A DNA stretch of 63,362 bases, the filler included, from Octopus bimaculoides (taxonomy: Eukaryota), in NCBI RefSeq assembly GCF_001194135.2. It is 7 parts of 7 records of this genome, joined end to end, with 100 filler letters (N's around TTAATTAATTAA, not from the genome) between each part and the next. Parts side by side here need not be neighbours in the genome. Positions count along the whole stretch, not along the records: positions 1 to 18,097 come from NC_068986.1; 6 more parts are not named here. One strand, 5' to 3'. The notes beneath the pieces were generated by a model that was given only the letters and a program-made list of their open reading frames with translations, was not told where the DNA came from and did no database searches. The translations under genes and the position numbers were made by a program. Below, piece after piece: positions 1 through 13,039 of the stretch. Position 1 is the stretch's first letter; each line of letters starts with the position of its first letter.

Positions 1-32
<32 letters not shown>

Positions 33-746
33 ACACCATCAAATTTTACCACAAATCTAAATGCAACATAAAGAACCACACAGCATGTATCCACAACACC
101 CCTTAAGTAATCCCCAATAACCCTACTTAACTTTGCTTTATCTCCAATTTAATTCTTAATCTGCAAATTTTTGACTCCCCAATCTTACTCTAAGGATGTC
201 AATCATTTTAATGCTACATATATGGACATACAAGCGGATACATGTGCGTGAGTAAATGTGTGTGCATGTATTTTTACATATGTATGTATACGTATGTGAG
301 TATATGCATGTATATATATATATAGGTATATATATATATANNNNNNNNNNNNNNNNNNNNNNNNNNNNNNNNNNNNNNNNNNNNNNNNNNNNNNNNNNNN
401 NNNNNNNNNNNNNNNNNNNNNNNNNNNNNNNNNNNNNNNNNNNNNNNNNNNNNNNNNNNNNNNNNNNNNNNNNNNNNNNNNGTGTGTGTATGTTTAAGTA
501 CGTGCTTATGTTTATATAAATATATACGAGTGAGTGTGTGTATGTGTATATATGCATACGTAAATACCTGTATGCGCGCTTGCGTGTGACTGTATAAGCG
601 CATGTGCGCCGGAACGCGTGTATGTGCGTGTACGTTTATATGTATATGTATGCGCACACATATGCGTGTATGAATACACATACGGATGCGCGTGAGCATA
701 CACCTATATATATATGTATGTGTATGTATATGCGTATATATATATC

Positions 747-789
<43 letters not shown>

Positions 790-974
790 ATATGTATGTA
801 TGCCTATGCGCACCTGTATATGTACCTGTGTGCGCGCGTCCGTCCGTCATAATACCTTCTTTCCTCCTCGCGGATTCCTACCTATCATTAACTTATCACA
901 TACGTCTATTTATAGGAATTTGACATTCTTCTATTCTTCCCCTCCACTTTTAATTTTAAATTTTACTCACAACC

Positions 975-1960
975 CTCTACCAGGCGGGTAATGGGATCGG
1001 TGGATGTTCCGCTTTAGAAATTTATAGAGGATTAGTAGTGAGAAACTACGACAACGTTGTCAAGGCGGCCCTAGGCATCGAAGAAAATGAACTGGCCAGA
1101 AAATGAACTGTTCCGGAGGACTTTACGGTCGGAAACCATCATGGATGATTTCCAGATGTCCTTGATCTGGCAATGCTACCAGGGAGCACTAACGGTTCGA
1201 GATAAACTATACAGACACGGATCTGATGTCAGAGGGGCTGGGCTCGTCCGAGATGCGCGCAGAGTGACGGAACCGTACTGCACGCTCTCATTCAGTATCT
1301 GGGCAATGCTGACTTGTGGTTTATATCGAACAGCTGTTGTCACATATGGGACGTATCCGTCAATTGTCTAAATCCATAGTGATGATTGCCCCACCGCCCT
1401 CCTTTACTCGGGCAGGCAAGGCAATTTTCCTTTACCTGGTGACTGTGGCGAAAGGGGTTGTCTGGTGGACGAGGTCGAAAGGCATTAGGACAGATACATT
1501 CTTCTTTTGCAAAGTTCTCATTGACATAGTTTCACTTGAAAAGTAAATTGAGAGTGGAGAGTGAAGTGCTGTCGTCGAGTGAGTTTATGGAAGGTGGATG
1601 AAAGCTGCGAAAATGGCAAGAGTGGATGGTAACTCTCTAAGACCTGCGTGTCGGAGAAAATAATTGGAGAGGGTATTTGCCCTTGATGTTCATAGAGATC
1701 TTGGTCAGTGGGATTATTCGATTATCCCTAGAGGTCATCCTATATCAGGACTACATCTCTATCACCCCCCTCTTCTTTTTGAGGCTTTGTATATTACGTA
1801 TATTCCCCTTCATTTTCATTGTATACAGTATGTACTTAGTCATGTTTCTTTTTATATTTCTCTTATCATTTCATTGTAAGTAATCCCCCCCCCGCACACT
1901 TTACGTCTGTTTTGTATCGACCCTGGCATCCTTCATTCTGGTGGCAAATAAATGAAATCA
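975..1960 (+). mobile_element. 5'-truncated L1/Tx1-type non-LTR retrotransposon: ORF2 C-terminus plus 3' UTR, decayed
   Basis: Frameshifted translation ..SLIWQCYQGALTVRDKLYRHG.. and LVTVAKGVVWWTRSKG resembles Tx1/L1 ORF2 C-terminal regions; 13-bp duplication agaaaatgaactg breaks the frame; ends aaataaatgaaat followed by (ATT)n. Confidence 0.6.
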
Positions 1961-2026
<66 letters not shown>

Positions 2027-2027
<1 letters not shown>

Positions 2028-2611
2028 GCGCATCGCCGCCCTCCTTCAATTGAGCAGGCAAAGCAGTCTTCCTTTGCCTGGTGGCTGTGGCGAAAGAGGT
2101 TGTTTGATGGACAAGGCTGAAAGGCATGAGGACAGATACATTCCACTTTGATAGAGCACTCATTGACGTCTTCAAGTTTCACTGGAAGAGGAAATTGAGA
2201 GCGGAGAGAGGAGTGTCGTTCTCAAAAGAGTCTATTGAATGGTGGGTGAGAGTTGCAAAAATGACAAGAGTGGATGGTACCTCTCTCAGTGTAGACCTGT
2301 GAGTCGGAGAGAATGAATTGGAGAGGACACTTGCACTTGGGGTTTCAGGGAAAGCGCAGACAGAGGGCTTCCTCGACTGTCCCTAGAGACCTTCCTGTAT
2401 CTGGAGGGCCACAGCTCTATCATCTTCTCTGCCCCTTTTATCCTAAAACCTTTCTATGCTATGCATGTGTCCCTTCCTTTTCAGTGTATACCGTGAATAC
2501 TTAATTTTTTCTTACCCTTTTTTTCCCATTTCATAATATGTAAACCCCTACACTTTATGTTTGTCTTTGTACTGTCCCCCTCATCCTTCACCACAGTAAC
2601 AAATAAGTGAA
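2027..2611 (+). mobile_element. Second, shorter copy of the same L1/Tx1-type family
   Basis: Colinear with about 1380-1960 (gtggcgaaagaggttg..ggacagatacatt..); ends aaataagtgaaat followed by (ATT)n. Confidence 0.7.
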
Positions 2612-2633
2612 ATTATTATTATTATTATTATTA

Positions 2634-2698
<65 letters not shown>

Positions 2699-2790
2699 AT
2701 TATTGTTATAATAATAATAATAATAATTATTATTATTATTATTATTGTTATAATAATAATAATAATTATTATTATTATTAATATTATTTA
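2612..2790. repeat. (ATT)n/(AAT)n compound microsatellite; another pure (ATT)n at 1961-2026
   Basis: Seen directly. Confidence 0.95.
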
Positions 2791-3097
2791 AAAGATTTTG
2801 TTTCGGCTCAATGTAGCTTAAAGTTTCATAGGCTCCTGAGAACAATCCATTGAATTGATCTCACTTTTTTACTGTTATTTATTTTAATCCACTTCCATCA
2901 CCCATCACCAACACCACCAACGCCGCCGTCGAACAAGATTAACCCCCCCCCCAATTGACCATTGTGTGTTTCGAAATTCTGACATAATGTACCGAAACTA
3001 TATAATGCATTAAGTTCGGCCTCAGCCGTTTTCGCAATCTTAACAAGTAACCAATACCTTCTATTACGACTACACACATGATCTCACTATATCTAGC

Positions 3098-3145
<48 letters not shown>

Positions 3146-3656
3146 TCTCTATCTCCCTTTCTGTCTGTCTTTCCGTCTGTCTCTCCTTTTCATACACGGT
3201 CTGTATCTACGCTTCTCTTCTCTTTTCTTCCAAAGAAACATCAGTTCGCATGGATATATGTCTTAAATATTATCTGGTTAAATTAATATTAAGCCTATTA
3301 ACAAACATCGCTGATGAATTACGTGTAACTCTGAACATTTTAACACTTTTACTGTTAATGTACGGAGATAATATGATATTCAGACTTTACCTAATTATAA
3401 GACGAATAAACAATCTTTTGCGCCGCTGTATTTTATTTAGATTTTAGTTCCTATGAAATTATTATTTTTTTCTTCTTAATTACTTCTGATTAAAAACGGC
3501 GGAGTTGGTACAAACAAACATAAATACCCGTATGCATGCACATACATACATACATATATACATACATACATACACGTACTCACACATGTATATGTATATG
3601 TATATATGTATGCGTGCAAGTAACTATGTATTTATATAAGTATGTATGTTTGTGCC

Positions 3657-4017
3657 GTGGAGGCGCAATGGCCCAGTGGTTAGGGCAGCGGTTTCGATTG
3701 CCAGACCGGGCGTTGTGAGTGTTTATTGAGCGAAAACACCTAAAATCTCCACGCGGCTCCGGCAGGGGATGGTGGCGAACCCTGCTGTACTCTTTCACCA
3801 CAACTTTCTCTCACTCTTACTTCCTGTTTCTGTTGTGCTTGTAATTCAAAGGGTCAGCCTTGTCACACTGTGTCACGCTGAATATCCCCGAGAACTACGT
3901 TAAGGGTACACGTGTCTGCGGAGTGCTCAGCCACTTGCACGTTAATATCACGAGCAGGCTGTTCCGTTGATCAACTGGAACCCTCGACGTCGTAAGCGAT
4001 GGAGTGCCAACAACAAC
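3657..4017 (+). mobile_element. tRNA-derived SINE, family A variant
   Basis: tRNA-like head gaggcgcaatggcccagtggttag; 3' half matches the reverse complement of 38683-38860. Confidence 0.8.
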
Positions 4018-4077
4018 GTATGTTTGTGCCAACACTGCCTTTTTTAATCAGAAGTAACTAAGGAAAAACTATGTATG

Positions 4078-4108
<31 letters not shown>

Positions 4109-4127
4109 GCAATAAAAGTCAGGCGGT

Positions 4128-4361
4128 ATGAGAAGCGAATATATGTATTTCTTTATTGCTCACAGGAGGCTAAACATAGGGGGAACAGACAAAGAGATTA
4201 AGTCGATTTTATCGACCCCAGTGCGTAATTGGCACTTATTTAATTGACTCCGAAAGGATGAAAGGTAAAGTCGACCTCGGCGGAATTTGAACTCAGAATG
4301 TAACGGCAGACGAAATACCGCTAAGCATTTGACCCGACGTGCTAATGAGAAGCGAATATAT
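4128..4361 (-). mobile_element. SINE family B single unit with 17-bp target-site duplication
   Basis: Body matches 9200-9628; atgagaagcgaatatat at both 4128-4144 and 4345-4361. Confidence 0.85.
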
Positions 4362-4926
4362 TGATTTAACCACTCGTCAAACTTGGGGGTTACAGCCGTT
4401 TCGCACGCAGTATTCATCATGTGATAATAATTTCAGCGTATAATAAATCATTGTATAAGTTTGCATGAATATGCATGTTACGCTTAATAGAACACAATTG
4501 TATATTTACAAATCAGTGCAGATGAACAAAGCTAGCTCATCAGATCATTAGGAACATTATGGTTATATTAATGCTTCGAGTCAACTATGGTCTGCTAGAA
4601 GAAATTTCCGTGATAACCACGTTTCTATAAATCAGTATCTTACACTACAAATGTACGTGCGTATGTATGTATGTATGTATGTATGTATGTATGTATGTAT
4701 GCATGTGTGTATGTATGTGTGTATGCATGTGTGTGTGCCTGCCTCTGTGTGTGTGTGTTTGTGTGTATGTGTGTGTGCGTGTGTGTGTGNNNNNNNNNNN
4801 NNNNNNNNNNNNNNNNNNNNNNNNNNNNNNNNNNNNNNNNNNNNNNNNNNNNNNNNNNNNNNNNNNNNNNNNNNNNNNNNNNNNNNNNNNNNNNNNNNNN
4901 NNNNNNNNNNNNNNNNNNNNNNNNNN

Positions 4927-4981
<55 letters not shown>

Positions 4982-4994
4982 AACACATGCTATA

Positions 4995-5272
4995 CATATA
5001 TTCGTTCTTTACTCGTTTATTACTGTTCTTATTCTAACTCATGTACAGTGACACATCATAGAAGAACAAAATGGAATAAGCAAAACAAGAGCACACACGA
5101 AGACGGAAAGTGTCGCTGAAGAGGTCACAGATGTGTGACGAAAGATTTCCGGACAATGGACATGAGTTAGAATAAGAACAGTAATGAAAGAATGAAGAAC
5201 GATTATATAGTGCATGTGTTTATTTGGCAAAAAGAAAAAGAATTTAATCATCCCGAAATACAACAATATATA
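4995..5272 (+). mobile_element. Penelope-like terminal repeat fragment with hammerhead-like motif and inverted arm
   Basis: Homologous to 17840-18070; CTGAAGA-hairpin-GAAA at 5116-5143; 26-bp perfect inverted repeat 5019-5044 / 5160-5185. Confidence 0.5.
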
Positions 5273-5789
5273 TAATAGGGACAGACTCAGTAGTAATAGT
5301 AAAAGATAACGTTAAACTTAATGTGGAGGCTTTTAGAACACAGGATGCTACGTTGTTCATAAGGATTCGTGCTGCATAAAAGAAGACGTATTTATATAGT
5401 TTCACAGACAGAAACTATCTTCTGCGGTCATCAAAAATGTCAGATCACGCGATTTCACCTTGCTGTGGGTTCTTCAGTGACAGTAACCCATAGCACAATA
5501 ACAGCCGAATACCTTAAACCCAGCAGCGGGGTAACACCCGAATCTACAGTTAAGAATATAAAGAATTTCAGTGTCTATTCAAGCGCAAATCTTACAAATA
5601 GACAGTAGGCTTATAAAAAAAAATTATTAGTAGTAATAGAAGCAGTATTAATACCAAATAGTATTCTTGGTCTTCAACTTAAAGTGGAGGTTGTGTAAGA
5701 GCACATAATATCGCGTTATTAATCTTGAAAGGATCTTGTAGTTTTACGCATGAAGAGTCTCCATGAGAGATCCTCTGAAGATGAATAAT

Positions 5790-6181
5790 ACAGTATATTG
5801 TGTCCCTACAGAAACATCCACCGTTAAGTTGGGATCAAGATTTAAAAAGGTAAAGGGCAAAGACTGACCGTGGGATTGCACCTAAAATGTTACCTTCCAG
5901 GGTGAAAGTCCGGGCAAGGTTGTTTGTGGAAGACCAGCAGTTACCCATGCATACCGGCCTCCCCTGTCTATGCCACTGATTTTATCCAAGGGAAAGGCAA
6001 AGGGGCCGATACAGCTTGGCACCACTGACGTCGCAACTTATTTCTACAGCGGAATGAACTGGAGCAACGTGAAGTAAAGTATCTTGCACAAGAACACAAC
6101 ATACAGCCCGGTCCGGTAATCGAACTCACTGCCACATGATTGTAACTCCGACGCTCTAGCCATTGAGCCACGCGCCTTCAC
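5790..6181 (-). mobile_element. tRNA-derived SINE, family A
   Basis: Minus-strand head gtgaaggcgcgtggctcaatggctagagcg..gttcgattacc (A and B boxes); body shared with 23700-23905 and 61551-61665. Confidence 0.85.
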
Positions 6182-6563
6182 AGGGATCACAAAATGTTCA
6201 CGAATATATTTTGGTATTGACATTGTTTCTATTGTTATCGATTATTAAAAAAAAATATAGTGACAGAAAACCGAGGATCGATATTTTTGCGGGATTTGTA
6301 TTATAATGTCGATACAATGTCTTGTTACGCATATAGCAATATTCTTCTGATAAAAGTATCGATGAGACATATCTATGATAATGTAAGAAAACGAATTGCA
6401 CAATCAATTTCCTCTCTTAATATTCATATAAACACTGCGGATACTTATAGATTTTGATTTGTATAATCAGTAAAACTATTGGTTTCTGGTTTATGCTTGT
6501 ATCTGATAGCCGGTACCCGTGAACGAGCTTAATAAGACAAGCACCATGTTTAAAACCCAAATG

Positions 6564-6594
<31 letters not shown>

Positions 6595-7244
6595 TGTATG
6601 TATGTATGTATGTATATGTATGTGCGTGAGTGTTTGTATGTAAGTATATATGTATATAATACAAATGATATAAGAGCATATGCATGTATACATACATATA
6701 TGTACATACCTACATCTACATGTATATATAGATGCATATCCGGGTACAGGATGTCAGNNNNNNNNNNNNNNNNNNNNNNNNNNNNNNNNNNNNNNNNNNN
6801 NNNNNNNNNNNNNNNNNNNNNNNNNNNNNNNNNNNNNNNNNNNNNNNNNNNNNNNNNNNNNNNNNNNNNNNNNNNNNNNNNNNNNNNNNNNNNNNNNNNN
6901 NNNNNNNNNNNNNNNNNNNNNNNNNNNNNNNNNNNNNNNNNNNNNNNNNNNNNNNNNNNNNNNNNNNNNNNNNNNNNNNNNNNNNNNNNNNNNNNNNNNN
7001 NNNNNNNNNNNNNNNNNNNNNNNNNNNNNNNNNNNNNNNNNNNNNNNNNNNNNNNNNNNNNNNNNNNNNNNNNNNNNNNNNNNNNNNNNNNNNNNNNNNN
7101 NNNNNNNNNNNNNNNNNNNNNNNNNNNNNNNNNNNNNNNNNNNNNNNNNNNNNNNNNNNNNNNNNNNNNNNNNNNNNNNNNNNNNNNNNNNNNNNNNNNN
7201 NNNNNNNNNNNNNNNNNNNNNNNNNNNNNNNNNNNNNNNNNNNN

Positions 7245-7279
<35 letters not shown>

Positions 7280-7397
7280 AGCATACAGATACATAGTTAC
7301 GGGAAATCTCTCTCTTTATCCACAAATTCTTTCCGTCTCTCTCTCACTCTACTCTCTCTACTCCCTCTCTGTCTGTCTCTCTCTGTCTGTCTGTCTC

Positions 7398-7429
<32 letters not shown>

Positions 7430-8123
7430 ATACACACACACACACACACACTCGTAGACATACATTTTCTTTTACCTAAGCTTATCTCGTCTTCTAATCT
7501 GTACACTTCTCGATGAGGTGGATTCCAATTGTAGCACCATTGCTATCTCGCTATCTTTGCACTATACATCACCAGCACCCAGCGCCAGCGCCACCGCCAC
7601 TGCGGCTACCAGCAACAGCAACAACGACAACTTTCTCTATCTCATCACCATCATCATCATCATCATCAACAACAACCGCAACCATGTCTCTTTAATATGT
7701 ATTGGTATCTTTCTCTTTCTTTCCCTATCTCTTTCAACTTAAGATTGTTATCCCTAGAGGCGAGATGCTCAAAGGATTTTAACCCAACCTTTCTTTTTCT
7801 TCTTTTTTTTTCTTTTTCTTCAATTAAACCTGAAATCGAACTCTTGATAGAAGAAATTAATTCCACAACATTTTATAATCCTTTTCTTCTTCGTTTTCTT
7901 GTTTTGTTTCTAAGTTCTCACCACGTCTTCCTTTCTTCTTTGTTTCTTTCCCTCTTCCTTCCGACCCATCTTTTGTTCCTTTTATCTGTCTATCTTCTTT
8001 CTTTCTTTCTTTCTTTCTTCGTACTCCTTCTTATACATGCATCTTTATACGTACAACACATACACACATATGCACATACATACATATAAATATACATATA
8101 AATATAAATATAAATATATACAC

Positions 8124-8160
<37 letters not shown>

Positions 8161-8219
8161 NNNNNNNNNNNNNNNNNNNNNNNNNNNNNNNNNNNNNNNN
8201 NNNNNNNNNNNNNNNNNNN

Positions 8220-8261
<42 letters not shown>

Positions 8262-8363
8262 ATAGATAGACAGACAGACAGACAGAGAGATAGAGAAATA
8301 AATAAATAGACAAATACATGCATACATACATAAATACATACATACATACATGCGTACATGCAT

Positions 8364-8422
<59 letters not shown>

Positions 8423-8430
8423 AAGTGGGT

Positions 8431-8461
<31 letters not shown>

Positions 8462-9199
8462 GGACAGAGACAGACAGACAGACAGACAGATAGATAGATA
8501 GATAGATAGATAGAAAGATAGATAGATAGAAAGATAGATAGATAGATGGATTAATTGTATGACTCAATGGAATCTAGGCACATGAACACATAAGACGCCA
8601 AAAATGGTTAGGTACAATAAAAAAGCTTTCAAGATGGAGTAAAACAATCATGAAGGTATCAGGTGTTGGCAGGATACCGTAAATATGTAAGTCCCAAATC
8701 CAATTTCAAACCGTAGATACAACTGAACCTAGTACTGTGCATATGTATATGTATATATATCTCATATGAGTTTGTATCAATGTCTTTGCATCAATGCTGA
8801 CCTGTGAATTGAAGTAGGTACGGTCGAATAGTGAAGAATTTTTCTTTTGTAACCATGATGCTTCATCATGTATCAAATACATTTTATCACAATCTTAAAT
8901 TGACTTAAGTATCATGAATTCAATTTGAAAGAAAATCTACAGTGATCTGTCATACGAACTGTATCCCGACATGCAACTGTACCGTGCATGTTAAATTTGT
9001 CCCCGAGATACAAAAATGGCTTATGTCAAATACTCAGTTATTTTTACATCTTGATTAAATGAATAAGCCGCACAGTCGATCTTGCAACTAAAATACTCAG
9101 CGGCGAAATCGGCGGAGAACCCGTTCACCTTTTACGTCTACCTGTGATAACATATGCCTTTGGGTGTTTGTATGAATACTTCAGTATCTATGTATAATA

Positions 9200-9628
9200 A
9201 TCTTTTCTACTCTAGGCACAAGGCCCTAAATTTTTGGGGAGGGCCTAGTGGATTAGATCGACCCAGTACGCAACTGGTACGTAATTTATCGACCTCGAAA
9301 TGAAAGGCTAAGTCGACCTCGGCGGAATTTGAACTCAGAACATAAAGACAGACGAAATACTGCTAAGCGTTCCGCCCGACGTGCTAACGTTTCTTATTTC
9401 TTTATTGCCCATAAGGGGCTAAACATAGAGGGGACAAACAAAAACAGACAAACGGATTAAGTGGATTATATCGACCTCAGTGCGTAACTGGTACTTAATT
9501 TATGGACCACGAAAGGATGAAAGGCAAAGTCGACCTCGGAGGAATTTGAACTCAGAACGTAACGGCAGACGAAATGCCACTAAGCAATTCGCCCGGCGTG
9601 CTAACGTTTCTGCCAGCTCGCCGCCTTA
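9200..9628 (-). mobile_element. SINE family B, head-to-tail dimer
   Basis: Head aggcggcgagctggcagaaacgttagc; two tandem copies of gttcaaattcc..gaggtcgactttgcctttcatcctttcg. Confidence 0.9.
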
Positions 9629-10767
9629 GCATCTATTTATAGTAATCGCTGATATAATCATTGGTTGGTTTGTTGGTTGAATGGTTGACTAGATAGACAG
9701 GCAGACGTTTTCCCTTGTATAGAGAGAGGGAGCGAGAAATAAAGTGAGATATAGAGACAGTTAACATAAGAGGTTGAAGAGGAGTGCACATAGATGGCTT
9801 GATGACAGGCAATGATGAGTCGCTGATAAACATTAATTCTTAATGAAATTTTGCAGGTAAGTCTTCTGTGGTTGGCGAAAAGGTTGAGAAAATTTAGAAA
9901 AATAATAACATAAATTTATTGCAAATACACAAATGAGAAATTCATATATTTAATTATATTTTAAGATAAAAAATATTTGCTTTTGTGTTCTTTATTTGAA
10001 AATTAGTATTCATTTCATCATTTTGTATTAGCACCAAGACATTTGAAAGAAAAGCAAAAGTATAAGTATTGTATGCCTACCATATTTTCTGATAGTACCA
10101 ATGGCGCCAAAAATATACTTCCAAAGTTACTAGTCATTTATATATTAAAAGTTAATAGTCGTCTATGTATTAAAATACAGTGAGTTTGTGATAACCAAAT
10201 AACCTGAATACAAATAACACATAGTAGAGCACAGATGAATTTGAACTTAAATTCCGACATCCTTGTCCGAGGCAGGGCCTACAGCTAGGAAAGTGTACTG
10301 ATCGGGTTGTTATGCAATTAGGCTTGAGACATATATTGACATAGAATAGAAAATACAGATTATAAAAATTTTACTAGAAAAATCAGGCTTAAACATTACA
10401 AGATATACGTATAACACATAAAAATAGGACTATATNNNNNNNNNNNNNNNNNNNNNNNNNNNNNNNNNNNNNNNNNNNNNNNNNNNNNNNNNNNNNNNNN
10501 NNNNNNNNNNNNNNNNNNNNNNNNNNNNNNNNNNNNNNNNNNNNNNNNNNNNNNNNNNNNNNNNNNNNNNNNNNNNNNNNNNNNNNNNNNNNNNNNNNNN
10601 NNNNNNNNNNNNNNNNNNNNNNNNNNNNNNNNNNNNNNNNNNNNNNNNNNNNNNNNNNNNNNNNNNNNNNNNNNNNNNNNNNNNNNNNNNNNNNNNNNNN
10701 NNNNNNNNNNNNNNNNNNNNNNNNNNNNNNNNNNNNNNNNNNNNNNNNNNNNNNNNNNNNNNNNNNN

Positions 10768-11170
10768 CCTACATCTACTTTGTGCAAGTTCCTCAGGCTT
10801 TTTGGGAGAATATTAAAAAGCTGTGGGCCCCTGAAACCCAGGCTGTTGCAGTAACAGGTCTTGAAGCGCGATGGCATTGCTGGGATCTTTGGCACTATGC
10901 AGTGTCGTCCCGTTCTGACATTGGTGTAGCTTTCAATGCCAAAATTTGGCACAATTTCTTCCAGGATCTTCCAGATGTATATTACTGCATGCCTCTCCCG
11001 CCTTCTCTCCAGGGAGTAGAGTCTTAGCTGTTTCAGCCTTTCCCAGTAGCTGAGCAGTTGCAAAGAAACGATCATCTTTGTGAACCTTCTCTGGATTGCT
11101 TCAAGGTCCGCTGTCAATTTCACACTGGTGGGTGACCATAGCTGTGAGCAGTAATCCAGGCGTAATACAG
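10768..11170 (-). mobile_element. CR1/L2-group LINE ORF2 C-terminal fragment
   Basis: RLDYCSQLWSP..LEAIQRRFTKMI..LSYWERLKQLRLYSLERRR..GPQLFNILP is the typical post-RT tail of CR1/L2-group elements; truncated by a gap. Confidence 0.85.
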
Positions 11171-12724
11171 TGCAGAGCAGTAATACAGTGTACATCTAAA
11201 CACATAAGAGGTATCCATCATAAGATTCATTGCACGCTAGAAAGAACAGCTAAATTCCAAACCACTATTAGGGATAAAACTTCGAAGGGAAAGAAAAATA
11301 AAAACAAGTATATATATAGGTAATCGTTGTTTATTTTGTATATTTTTCTTTGTCTTGCTCATTTTTACATTTTGACGTTTTGCTGAAATTTTTCTTGAGA
11401 ACACACTCTTCGTGGTAAGGCGATTTGACGTCTATCTTTAGCATATTAGAAGTTCACCTTCGTGGTCATTCCTCTTTATTTTGTATGTCATATAATCTTT
11501 AATCTTCGGATTTTTAAAATTTGCTAAGCCACTGGTTTTAATTGATTAATATCAATTTCTACCCTCATTATTTAATTATATATATATATATATATATGCG
11601 TGTGTGTTTGTGTCTATGTTTGTTNNNNNNNNNNNNNNNNNNNNNNNNNNNNNNNNNNNNNNNNNNNNNNNNNNNNNNNNNNNNNNNNNNNNNNNNNNNN
11701 NNNNNNNNNNNNNNNNNNNNNNNNNNNNNNNNNNNNNNNNNNNNNNNNNNNNNNNNNNNNNNNNNNNNNNNNNNNNNNNNNNNNNNNNNNNNNNNNNNNN
11801 NNNNNNNNNNNNNNNNNNNNNNNNNNNNNNNNNNNNNNNNNNNNNNNNNNNNNNNNNNNNNNNNNNNNNNNNNNNNNNNNNNNNNNNNNNNNNNNNNNNN
11901 NNNNNNNNNNNNNNNNNNNNNNNNNNNNNNNNNNNNNNNNNNNNNNNNNNNNNNNNNNNNNNNNNNNNNNNNNNNNNNNNNNNNNNNNNNNNNNNNNNNN
12001 NNNNNNNNNNNNNNNNNNNNNNNNNNNNNNNNNNNNNNNNNNNNNNNNNNNNNNNNNNNNNNNNNNNNNNNNTGTATAAGCATGGATAAATGTGTCCATG
12101 CATGTACATGTGTGCATGCTTTTATATATATGTAAGTAAGTATGCATGTATGTATAAGTGTTTGTCTTTCTGTGTCTTTGTGCGTGTGTACGTGTGCTTG
12201 TGTGCTCGTCTGTGCGTGTATAGTTAATTTAAATGAAAGCCATTTTATTAAAGTTTTATCATCTCCCTTAATCGCAACGCAGACAAGTTGTTGTTTCATT
12301 CCAAACATTTACTAATCCAATCCTTTGATATCAATCGAAGTCTACGTTACTAGAGCAGGCGTTTTTAATTACCTATTTCTAGAAAATTTTACTGCAACAG
12401 CAAGCAAAGGACGGGGAGCCGATACCTAGATGATCGACTTGCTAGAAATAGCAGTCAGATTTCATTGAAACTGCATCTTACCGTTTCAGTAAGCACACAC
12501 TATACAATTTGCTTCAAGAATATCCCATCTATAGATCCAAAATACCCAATTTCCATACTGGAAATAAAGAAGGCACCAATAATCAACATATTAGCAAGAA
12601 ATACTAGCCGCACCTCTTTGAGACCACGCCTCGTTGTTTCAGAATAGTGTACGGACACAACTTGTATAACAGAATTTAGTCCTAGACACGACTAAATGGA
12701 TAAAATGTTGCAAGAATGTACTGA

Positions 12725-12900
12725 GTGCAGGAATGGCAGTTTGGTTATGAAGCTTGCTTTACAACAAGGTAGTTTCAGGTTAAGTGCCTTTGCGTGGCAA
12801 CTTGGTCATGTGTCTTCTAGAATAACTTTGGGCCGACCAACACCCTGTGAGAGTGTTTACGAGACGTATGCTTTTGAAGACCGCCGCATATGTAAATATC
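12725..12900 (+). mobile_element. Degenerate SINE family C 5' part followed by (CA)n at 12907-12991
   Basis: Similar to 61775-61970 (gcgtggca..gtgtcttcta..gggccgaccaa). Confidence 0.65.
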
Positions 12901-12902
12901 TA

Positions 12903-12994
<92 letters not shown>

Positions 12995-13039
12995 TTACAG
13001 GATTTAAGAGAATCGGATACTTAAATAATGAAAGCACGT

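Noticed and set aside
6130-6181. tRNA-like sequences here and at 3660, 23850, 38950 and 41080
   Set aside because: They are SINE heads continuous with SINE bodies and lack a complete cloverleaf.
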